A stretch of 64,000 bases of DNA from Catajapyx aquilonaris. Taxonomy: Eukaryota. Numbering within the stretch: position 1 is the first letter of the stretch; every line of letters starts with the position of its first letter. The notes under the pieces are model-generated. The model made no database searches, was not told where the DNA came from, and saw nothing but the letters and a program-made list of their open reading frames with translations. Where the stretch lies: NCBI GenBank assembly GCA_000934665.2, contig KZ538264.1, positions 1 to 64,000 on the forward strand, given 5' to 3'. Of this stretch, positions 53,891 through 64,000 are shown piece by piece. The position numbers and the translations under genes were made by a program.

Positions 53891-56800
53891 CTCTACGGCC
53901 AGTCTCTTTGAAAACTGTGGAATTGTTCACTGTGGCACCTTTCACCCGGAGCAATGGCTGGTCTCTGTAATATTCCACTCAGACTTCAGTCCTTCCTTCC
54001 ACGTGACACCATCAACTAAGATGCTCAGGCAAGCACAAACAAGTCCAGTGGTAAACAGGAGACACGCTCAAAGCCTTAGATTATGAGACTGCACAGCAAG
54101 TCTGTCCAGAGGTGAACTGTCCATGTTTCTTGGTAATGTGAGTCTGAATCGACTCGACACTAGAAATTCTTGTTGTTCTAAAAAAATATATAGGGAGCCA
54201 CGTAGGGAATCTCCCCAGCTAGTGAAACGGACAACTGCAAGTATGATGGCCAGGGGAGAAAAATGTTCACAAAATCGGGCGGACGGTAACGTTTTTCTGA
54301 TCCATTTGGACCGTTAATTTGCGGCGGTGCTCATTTCCGGAACAAGCGAGACCGGAGATGAGGCCGAAAAAAATTGGAATCGATGTGCTCGTAGTTTGAG
54401 GGAATCGTTCCCAAGTTTAGCTGCACAGTGTGCAGGATTTGTGCAAACAACATTTTTTTTATTACTCCCCATTCTAAGAACACATATATGCGGTGCGGTT
54501 GTGTACCTTTAATATGGAATGGAAAATGCACGTGATTTATATTCATAGGGGCACCTGCGTGAAGAGATGTAGAAAATCTTCCGTCAGAATCCAGAAATAT
54601 AACTCCAGCATTGGCTCTATCTAGAGTGTTAGCCTGGGCCTGATGGATGGAGGTGACAGATAGAGCTTCACTTGGGAGGCCCACTTGCCTCCCAAATATG
54701 ATTAGCAGCAGGGCTTTGAGAGCCAGCGCCAGATTTGATGCCCCCACTTTCCTACTACCAGTATAAAAAAAGACTCCTTTTTTGAATCCGAGTGTACTTT
54801 GCCCGATTGTCTTTTCTCCCTCTCCCCGTTTTCTATCTATCCTTGGCGCGCGTCCTTTTCATCCCGGCAGGCCCATGCAAATCTCATTTCCAAACTTGCT
54901 CTGCTTCTGGCGTGAAGAGCAGGAAGCCAACCATCTCTTTCCCACTCTCGCCTCCTCCAAAACGCTTCATTTTCCAAGCTGGAGAGGGGGGGGGGCGATC
55001 CAACTTAATTCCAACCTCACTTCCACCTATATCCGCCCTCCAGTCATGGATAAAGCCTCCCCACTTTGGCAACTTACATATACGAGCTGAAAAAATGATC
55101 AGGCTAGTGTGTACCCTCATCACATTAAAAGGGTCATTATAATGTGAGACACAGTGTTTAGATGTGGCTGCGTACAGACTTAATATTATTAATCCCTAGG
55201 ATGGAATCTGTAAGTTGGACGCACACAGGTAGAGGGCTGCGGGGGAAACAAAAGCCAAGTCCCACTCCTGTGGGTTGGGGAGGTATAAAAGGGGGAGGGG
55301 TAGCCCAGTGGAGCTCCCGGGTTTAATCCGGAGGCTGGTGGGAGGTGAAGAGGGCGGGCATAAAATTTGCATGAGGCGCACCTGCATAATGGTGGGTCCT
55401 CTTGTGCAGCAAAATGTAGGCTGGCGACATGTGGCGCCAAGTGAAGCACGCCCTGCCTGCCTGCTTTGCCTGCCCATGGTACGAATCCAAACTCAGAGCC
55501 CATCTCTCAAAGATCCTTTCCTTTCTCCCCATCCATATACTGGATTATATGAGGTCGCTGGCCCGCATCCATTCGTTTTTTTTAGTTCCTCCAGCTCCCA
55601 CAGCACCGGCTTTTCATCTTCATTTTAGGCCAAACCTGTCAAATTGGTGCTAATAACATGCCATTCATAAGTCGCATTTCTGATGTCATCGGAACGATTC
55701 GGAACCGGAAAGAAAAACATACCGACACACTGCGGCTGTTTATAGTACATACACTCCAGACAGAGGCTGCATAAGCATTGTCCGGCAAACAAGAGAGTGC
55801 TTAGGATTAGACCATGGATGAACTGTGCATTGAGGAAACAAAAGGGGTTCGCAAATGGGAACACTGAAAATCACCACACAACAGAGAAGGGTTTTGGAGA
55901 GCGTTTTCACTGCACTGCCCTTCACATTCGTGATTCTCTTAGAGTGCTGGATAGGTACCAACAAAATGCAATATTGATTGCCTGTGACTGCAGCCGAGTG
56001 CTAGGGAGTGGGCCCGCCCTTCATAAGACAAGTTTTGTTCCCCATAGTTTCAAGTTTTCTCCCTCAGAATGGCTGCTGGCGTGGCGGCGGATATTTCCAG
56101 ATTCCTTCCGGAAAGATGGATAAGAGGCCGAGACCCTTTCTCGCGGTTACAGATTGCCCCGGATACTTCTTTCTTCCGAAGATCCTATATGACTAACTGT
56201 TGGAAAGAAGTTGAGAGAAGTTGGCAGGGAGCAGAAGAAAGTGGCAGCCAAGCACTTGGTGGACCCAAGGTGAAGGAGGAAATCTCAGGGAGAAGAGAGA
56301 CGGAGTCGGAAACAGATTCGCAATATTCCGGGGCTTCAGCATCCGGGACCCGGGTCCATGCGTCGGAGAATAATAAGCGGCTAAACGCTAATGGAATTGA
56401 AGATAATGCTTTCCAGAGCTAATAACCGTGTTATGGGCGTCGCCTTACGAGCTCATCCTGCAAATTGGCTACATAAGCGGGTTTCCTTTGTCCCATTATA
56501 CCGCGGTCTCACTCCCGTAAAGCATGGGCCAGTCGACTATGAAATGTAAATATTTTTATATAAAAGAATGTCAATGCCAAAGGGAATTCAGGACGCCAAT
56601 CATTACTTTCCATCGGGATTCCAATAAAAACAGACTCATCCGTTCTGGCTCACCATCGGTCAATATATGCAACATATGAGTAATTACTGAACGCAATAAG
56701 TCCCGGATTGTGACTGTAAAGCTAATCATTTTGTTACACAAATTTTGCAATATTTCCAGAACATCTGCAGGCAAGCGTCCAATTTTTCGCACACGCCATA

Positions 56801-59020
56801 ACTAACTTGTACCGTGCTTTGGCATGATTAATAAAACTTTTCTCCCGTTTGCTTAACCCAATTAAGTTACTAATAATGCAGCAATTTTCACATCAAGTAG
56901 TCACATCCCACATTCTACTTCCTGGAACTGATTTATCATGCAAGGTAGCTGCAGGTCAACAGGAAACAAGTGCTCGAAAGTAATTTTTTTTTATATCAAG
57001 CCCTCCATGAGACGTTCATATTGCCTTGGCAAGAGCCGAAATAAAGTACTCTTTGCAAAAGTCGAGTTTATTAGCTCCTCTGTGTGGATGGTAAAAAAAA
57101 GAGGAGGAAGTTCAAGTACCGGCTGAAATGTAACCTTACAGTATAGCTATACTTAATAATTTATTGCACTTTTGATTTAGCGGCGTATCGAGTAAGGAAA
57201 GTTGAACTCAAGTTTTATCCTAACTCTGAACTGTGACCAGTGAGGTACGGTTGTGCGTCGGGAAGCGTGTAACTTAGGGGGGTTAAAATTGTAATGTTTA
57301 TCCTAGCTATTTAGGGTTACCCTTTAGGCATTACTGTGCAATGGGAAGCCTGACTAGTAGGGGGGTCGATACAGGGTTGAGCTCGGGGTTGAGCTTTAAA
57401 TTTATTCAAAAATAATGTTGCTACTTGCGACTTTGTTGCAATATAGATCTGGCCGCAAAATCAGTCGTGTTGGAGTGCGTAACAGAATATGGGGGATTAT
57501 CCTTGAAGTCATCAGGATTTAACTAGCATACGACTGAAAAATTGTATAACGGATAAGCTCACTTCAAACGGGCGAGTATTTTTACTAATACCGTTGGGAA
57601 CCGTATACAATTCAGCTTGGAAATGCGCAAGTGCAGATCTGTAATGAAATTTGATGCTGGCATTTCCGGCGATATCAGCGAACCTAAAAAAAAACGTGTA
57701 AGGTGAAGGCATAGAGAGAAAAAATGTTCAGTAAAAAAAAGAGGCGAAGAGCTCACCCACGCACCTAATCCTTGGTGGAAAATAGTAATCCCAGGGGTAG
57801 GCCCCAGGCTTCAAAGGTGGTGATTATGAAGAGAGGCGCTGAAGGAAGTGATTACTCTCGGAGGAACTTCGATTGAAGGGAAGCTTCACGGATCAAAAGG
57901 AAGGAGAGAAAAAAAAGAAGGTTTGGGATTCTGTCGGTTGGTCCACCTCTCCATGCCCATCCGGCCAGTCCAATTATTGCCACTTGCCCAAATGTTGATT
58001 ACACTTTCGCACTTTCAGCTACCTACCTTGCAATCTGCCAATCCAATATCGGAGGCCATGAGTGAGCTTGAGAGGAATGGGCAAAAAGGGAAGTCAGCTG
58101 AGGTTATACGAAGATAGTGCTAATTTGCCTTGTTAATAACTCCTCCCAGTTCTGAAGCGTGTCCAAACAAGCCCGACACGTTTACATTTCTGGAAACGCA
58201 ATCAGAGGGCTAAGCTTCACTTCCTCCCAGATTCATCCAGGCAAGGAGAGCACATGGCTTCCGGATTGTATTATACAATCAAACCAGGGGTTTTTTTGCG
58301 GTTGTGTTTCGCAGTATCGACTTTGTGCAGGGACAGGGGCTCCCAGCAGTCGGACTTTAATGTCAGTTCTCTCTATATGTTATTTAAATGTAGAATGGCA
58401 AATGTGATTATTTCCTTTTCAATTATGGCGTTTATGACAAAATATAATGATATTTTCGACAACTGTGTACGTAACCCTGCAAAACCTTTTACCTGTGGAT
58501 TGAATTTTGACGCTGTCACCCCATGAGCTGCTTGATTAGCGACAGGTTGTGAAAATAGCAAAAAGCGGCGGGTGTAACCAATTACGTTATATGCAGTATG
58601 CGGAGCTATAATGCAAGGACAGGTAATTCAAGCGTAAATACACACCACATCGCACTTGCAGGATACTGGTAGCCTATTCATCACGCTCGGAAAGACTAAT
58701 AACTTTGGCAGAAGATGTATACAGTGCACAGAACCGCATGCGTTATTTTTTTGTTCATTTTCACAAACCACTGCACTGCTTACATCACCTTGCACTGATA
58801 AAACGTAGAACAGTTCATTTTTGGATGAAGGTTTTTTTCTTATGTTATATAGGTGCAGCACCGCAATATGGTATTAATATTTTTAGGTATCGAAACCGTT
58901 AGAAAACCTCCTAGTTGACCATGTAGCTTTGTTTGAATTTCTGGTATTCACACGTACTGTAAACGTGACCATTAAAGTGTGGGCCAAAAATCTATTTGGT
59001 TTCGGAAGCGAGTAACTCAC

Positions 59021-59147
59021 ATCATCGGGTTCAGCACTTCCTTCTTCATCTTTACCACTGGGTCTGAATCGAAAGTAGGTTGGTTCCCCAGTGTCCCTTG
59101 CGAAAGAAACTAATGTTTTCCAGGAAGCCTCTGAATACGAGTCGAAA
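59021..59147 (-). other. Candidate upstream 5'UTR exon of the CUB gene
   Basis: Strong acceptor TTGCCTTTCCGCAG and donor GAT|GTGAGT bracket 127 nt. No transcript evidence. Confidence 0.4.
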
Positions 59148-59331
59148 CTGCGGAAAGGCAATATAAATCAGTGGTGTCCACAAAATTAGAAAGCGATTAT
59201 GTTGGTAACAAACAGATGGCTTCAACCCTGCAAAGATTAACTGCTAGTTTCTGAAAAGAGTCGAAAATAATCCATATACGTGATAGATACATCGCCACGT
59301 TAATTTTCAGCCTCTGGTTCTGGTTTCGTCA

Positions 59332-59494
59332 CACTGTACGTCTAATGATATTACACAGCGTGGTTTTGCATGCGTGTCCTGTCGATCAATTCCTATCGCC
59401 ATAACTAGCGAGCGACACTAATTATGACGGTAGGAATTGATTGACGAGGACACGCCTGCAAAATCACGTTTGGTAATATTATCTTGGCATAGTG
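59332..59494. mobile_element. Palindromic MITE with CACT(G/A) ends
   Basis: About 65-bp imperfect arms around a 9-nt loop, termini CACTG...TAGTG, and TCA on both flanks. Confidence 0.6.
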
Positions 59495-61238
59495 TCAACA
59501 GGCGATTTACGCTCAAGATATAAGGCTCAATTAGGCCTATACTTTGGCTACCATATACAGGAGCGCACACTGTGCTTCACATTTGAACCACATTAATTTT
59601 TACACTGGCACCAAAATTAACTACTGTACATTGAAGTGCAGATTATAACCCCAACCTTAAAATCGGATTCTCTCGCTCGTTTTGCAATAATAACAAGCAG
59701 GTTTTCCTCACTCTCCCACAAATTAAAATCACAAAATGGATTAATTACAAAACCAATCGCTTTTGTTGATTACTCCATGAATATTTTCTGGTGTTATAAA
59801 TTCAATGCTTGTTGTAGTTGTTACCTATTCGGATGTGGCTATTATCGTTACACATTTTATAGCTTATGAGATTGTCCTTCACATTCCCATCCTTTGAGTC
59901 CTAATACAACGCTACAACCAGGATAAGGAAGGTCAACATGTAATACCCCCCAACATCTGTCCAGCGAGCCATGCAGCAGCAGGGAACTCGCAATATGTCC
60001 CCCCCCCCCCCCTGCCCCACACGACCTCCGGAATATAAGCCTGCTGCTGCACAGTGGGAGTGGGGGAGTGGTCCGGGGGAGGGGGGGGGGCTGGAAGGCG
60101 CGAGAACATTGAAGTGAAATGGGTTTACGAACGCTCGCATATCCCGACGGAGCCTAGGCCTGTCTGCGAGTGATCCAGGACAAGTCCCCCATGCAGGTTG
60201 GGGAGCAAAGGCAGCAGCACACCAGGTACAGCTTCCCTGCCGTCGAGGTGGATCCCAGGGAAAAGGAAATTGAATTCCATTCTTGCTGGAAAATCCTGAG
60301 GGAGCTACTCCACCTGTCCCCGCCCGCAAAACAGGTGGGAGGTGTGGGGGAGGGACAGAAAGACACCGGCGCCACAGCCTCCGGGGGTCACTGCTGCTCT
60401 ACCATCCCAACACGCTGCTTTTCCACCGGATTCCTAAACTCCCCTCTCCATTTCATTAAAACTCGGTCGTGCTGCTAGGAAATGAGTTGGCCGAAGAAAT
60501 GCCAAGTACGCCGGGCCTTGTGTCGAGCCTTCCTACTCCGACCACACTACCAACTAAAACTTCCCTAGCCTCAACTTTCCATGCCACCACTACTTTACCA
60601 GGCTCTGGCTCCCATCATCGTCATCCAGAAAAGCCTTTTCTTCCTCCGCTTCACAAATTCCCTAGCGTGTACCTACGTATCTGGTCCAAAATTGAGGGAG
60701 GGGGGGGATGCTGGCTGGAAGCGGGATGAGGGGAAGACCAGTTGTTGCCGGTGACATCATCTGCGGCTGCTTCACGCCCAATTTTACCTGGCAGGGGCCT
60801 TTCCATCACGCCCGTGCCCAAATCCCGACGCAATTTTGTGGCCCTGTGAGTTTCAATCCTGCATAAAAATTCAATCGCCGGCAACCGGATGGCTTATTTT
60901 CTCCCCTCTCCTCCCTCCCCCCCATCACTCCCACTCGTCCCTCCAGCCCTTAAAGCAAAACATGACTGAGAGAGAGAGAAGGGTGGGGGAGGAATCATCC
61001 AAAGGTTTTTCTTCTCCTTCATATCTGCGGTTCGCTTCCAGAGAGAAGAGAGTGAGAGGAGGGATATGTGGGTGGGTGGGTGGAAAGGAAGACAACCCAG
61101 GCGAAAGAAGTCAGAAGGCGTCGGGAAGTCCTAATTCCAATTCCATCGAGTAAATATTTGTGCGGGGAGTCCAATTTAAAAATCCGCCGCCAAAGTCGGG
61201 GTGAGCGCTCGAGAGTGTTGAAGCGCTAAAGCGAAAGC

Positions 61239-61269
61239 GAGAGAGAGGGAGAGAGAGAGAGAGAGAGAG
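61239..61269. repeat. (GA)n microsatellite
   Basis: Read directly, with one interruption. Confidence 0.9.
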
Positions 61270-61548
61270 GTCCTCGTGCCCAGCCCAATCAGTCGACCCA
61301 TTTTATAGCACGACCTCTGTTGGCCCTGCCACAAAGCTCTGTATTTACATATTTAAAAGCTCTTCCTTTCTCGCCTGCCATGAATATGTAATATTAAACA
61401 GATTCAGCTGGATTTTCTGCTACTAACCTGGGCTCTCATTTTAGCTCTCCCCAGAAGCCCTTACCACTTTCACCACTCTACCATTTCCTTATCTTCCATT
61501 TTAGAAGGATAACCGGCTTCAAAATTAATCCACATCTCTATTTACGTA

Positions 61549-61686
61549 CTATCGGTCTCAATTAGTTTCAGACACTTTATCCTGGTCTTGAAGCAATCCT
61601 TCACACACACCTCCTCACCGTGGAGCCTGTGGGAAGGGTTGCTTCAAAACCAGGATAAAGTGGTCGAAACTAATTGAGACCGATAG
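61549..61686. mobile_element. Palindromic TA-flanked MITE
   Basis: 59-bp arms (61549-61607 / 61628-61686) with 6 mismatches, beginning CTATCGGTCTCAATTAGTTTC. TA on both sides. Confidence 0.85.
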
Positions 61687-63207
61687 TACTTGCAACAATA
61701 TGAGGATTTTTTTTGAAGATAAATGCATATAATGTAAGGAAGGCAGGGCAGTATGGGGTCTGTTGATATTGTTTTAAAAAAGTTGTGAAGAGCAGCCTGT
61801 TTGCTTCCGTGTTGAAAAGACCGCGGGGGTGATCTGGAATAGATGTTGTGGATAAGCGAGGCGACGAAATTGTCTCCAGGACGTAGGACAGCGAAACTTG
61901 GGCCGTTATTTGCAGCGGGGATAATTCTATGAAAATCGCACAGCGATTCCGAGCTAAAGAATAAGACACTTTGTGTACTGCGGGTGATTTATTTGTTTTT
62001 CCGGTTTTCCTGAAACTTCACTCCCGTCCTGCCCCCACTATATCCCTCCTCCCCTTCCTCCCCCCTTCTCCTAGTTGCAGGGCGCCATATTTCAGGAGGA
62101 CTCGCCTTGGCAACGTTCCAACACTGCAAATGGGCTTGTCAGGCCCTGCCCCACACCCCCCCCCCCCCCCCCCCCNCCCCCCCCCCCCTCTCCCCTCTTC
62201 TCAAAAAAAAAAAAAATCCTCCCTTCCCTCCCCATCTCCTCAACAATGGGCCCCGCTAGCAGCCAATCAGGGCCTCCGTCCTCCCCCTCCCCCTCTTTTC
62301 TACCCATTCATTCCTTTGTTCCCACGTAATTTCCAAAATCACCACGCAGCATTAGAAAAATGACACGTGAGCTAAGGGGCTCTTATTTTTGGGCGAGGTG
62401 TGGCCCTACCTGCCTCAAGTCACGGAACAATATTTGGGCTCTGTATTGTCCACACAAATTAGGAAGATCACTCATTAAGTGTGTAAGTAGGCTACTTTAA
62501 GTACACAATCACAAGCAGTTACTAAGTAAACAATACATACAATCAGAAATGTTCGTATAAAAATAATGTAACAAAAATAATAATTTGATACAACCATCAC
62601 TTTTAAGCATAAAGTTGATTAAAGTAACCGAAGCATAATCGGGCCTGAAGTCACTTTTCTAGCTTTTCCTCCATTCTCAGTAGTGGTGATGAAAGTTTCT
62701 CGCTTATCCCGAGGGAATTTTAGAGGTAAATTTCACCCGAACAGATTCATTACAATATCGCAGCATTAATTAAGCCATCTCTGCGGGCTAAGATAAAATT
62801 TACATTTGGCTTCAGCTTTTGTAGGGAATTCTCTCACTGCCGATGAGCATTTCCTCTCTTCATTCGCTTTAGCAGTTGTTGAATGAAGTGGTAGACGGTA
62901 TTATGAATGACTAGAAACAGAACTTTCTTGCTGGCTCCGATTAAGCGCGAACAATTGATGCTGGGTAAGGAAAAGTACTGGAAAAACCAGCCACTTGTGA
63001 TTCAGATCGAAATGTTAAAATGTTCTCTCTTTAAAAAAAACAAGATTGGCAAATCAGCGTGATTGGAGTAGACTTTTCATACCACCCATAACTCATTTTC
63101 GGCCAAAAGTGGACTTACGCTTTTCCTCCTCCCTTCCCTACCCCCAGACTGCCCCTTTCTCCTTTAAAATATCTATCGTCTACACTATATCCTATAGCAA
63201 ACCCATC

Positions 63208-63497
63208 TTTTAGACTTTTCTCATCCATCGAAAAAAGTCTTATAGCAAGGCGCTGTCCGTCCGTCCGTCTGTGGACAAGTATCAGGTATCAGGGGGTAGG
63301 AGCAGGGAAGGGGAAAGGGTGATCTGGGGGAGGGGGTGGTGGGGAGATGTGGCAGCCAGGGGGAAGGGGCGGATTTAGTGAATCCGGAACCCGAAAATCG
63401 AAAAAAGTCTTATAGCACGGCTCTGTCTGTCTGTCTGATACCTGTCCACAGACAGACAGAGCCGTGCTATAAGACTTTTTCTCTAAAAAGTCTAAAA
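63208..63497. mobile_element. Helentron-associated (DINE-1/HINE-like) element, rearranged
   Basis: T-run start, 5' stem-loop AGACTTTT...AAAAGTCT, (GTCC/GTCT)n microsatellite, and a 12-bp inverted repeat TTTTAGACTTTT / AAAAGTCTAAAA at the ends. Confidence 0.7.
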
Positions 63498-64000
63498 ACT
63501 CATATTTTTAATGACGGGGTATTGTTGCTTGCTGCGGCTATTGCCACGTTGATTGGCTAGCAGCTGCCTCATGTAAACGGGCCTTTAAGCTCCTCTGTCA
63601 GTCTTGTCCAACTTGTTATCCGCTAGCCAGTGGTCACCCACGTGTAGAAGTGAGGAAACATTCCTATCACAATTGATTGCCCTTAACAAGCCCAAACGAA
63701 CTAAAGTGGGGGAAAGAGAGCTCTGCTGGGGAGCTGGTAAAAAGAAGAAGACAAACGCATTGCGGGGTGCTAATCCCAGTGTGGCCAGGCCCAAATCCAG
63801 TCGGTGGGGGACTGCAATCACCTAGGTGAAGGAGAGGAGGAGCCATCCTGGTGAAAGGCGAGGCCAGCCTAGGGAAAAGGGATTGAAGCACTTCTGCTGG
63901 ACCCCTGGCTCTCTCTCCCACTACACCTGCACTACCCAACAATATATATCTGGCCCTAGGAGTACCCCCCAGGAGAACACGCAATCTGCAACTCCATTAG

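Noticed and set aside
61270..61310. Minus-strand TATAAAA upstream of a CT-rich tract as the CUB gene promoter
   Set aside because: No convincing initiator or downstream splice donor, and a lone TATA match is insufficient.
12901..62176. Single N bases at 12901, 26565 and 62176
   Set aside because: All lie in or at the edge of G/C homopolymers and are sequencing or assembly ambiguities.
20800..64000. Frequent TAATCC/GGATTA homeodomain-type sites
   Set aside because: A rough base-composition estimate predicts a few dozen by chance, similar to what I saw.
1..64000. Hammerhead ribozyme cores (CTGATGA/CTGAAGA) and CRISPR-like arrays
   Set aside because: None of the CTGANGA hits I checked had a paired stem II followed by GAAA, and no regularly spaced repeat-spacer array is present.

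Overview
Eukaryotic (metazoan, probably arthropod; inferred) genomic DNA with spliceosomal GT-AG introns. There are no prokaryotic features, CRISPR arrays, rRNA or true tRNA genes. Two convergent genes can be built by hand. (1) The last two exons of mitochondrial ribosomal protein L12 (+ strand, 1137-1912); its first exon was not found. (2) A 13-coding-exon minus-strand gene (ATG 33099, stop 6655; 2466 nt, 821 aa, all intron phases consistent) encoding a signal peptide, about five CUB-like domains and a hydrophobic, GPI-signal-like C-terminus. It has a 17.4 kb first coding intron, and 33.2-64 kb is probably 5'UTR intron or upstream regulatory DNA, with one candidate UTR exon at 59021-59147. 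The first 5 kb is dense in transposon relics: hAT and mariner-type MITEs, a SINE > Harbinger MITE > V-SINE nest, a second SINE sharing a 3' module, and a LINE fragment. The remainder has only scattered small MITEs and a Helentron/DINE-1-like fold-back. I did not find a clearly new biological system. The best leads are the multi-CUB membrane-anchored protein and its unusual splice and uORF features, three palindromic TA|CTAT...ATAG|TA MITEs, and the modular SINEs. All calls were made by eye, without database searches.
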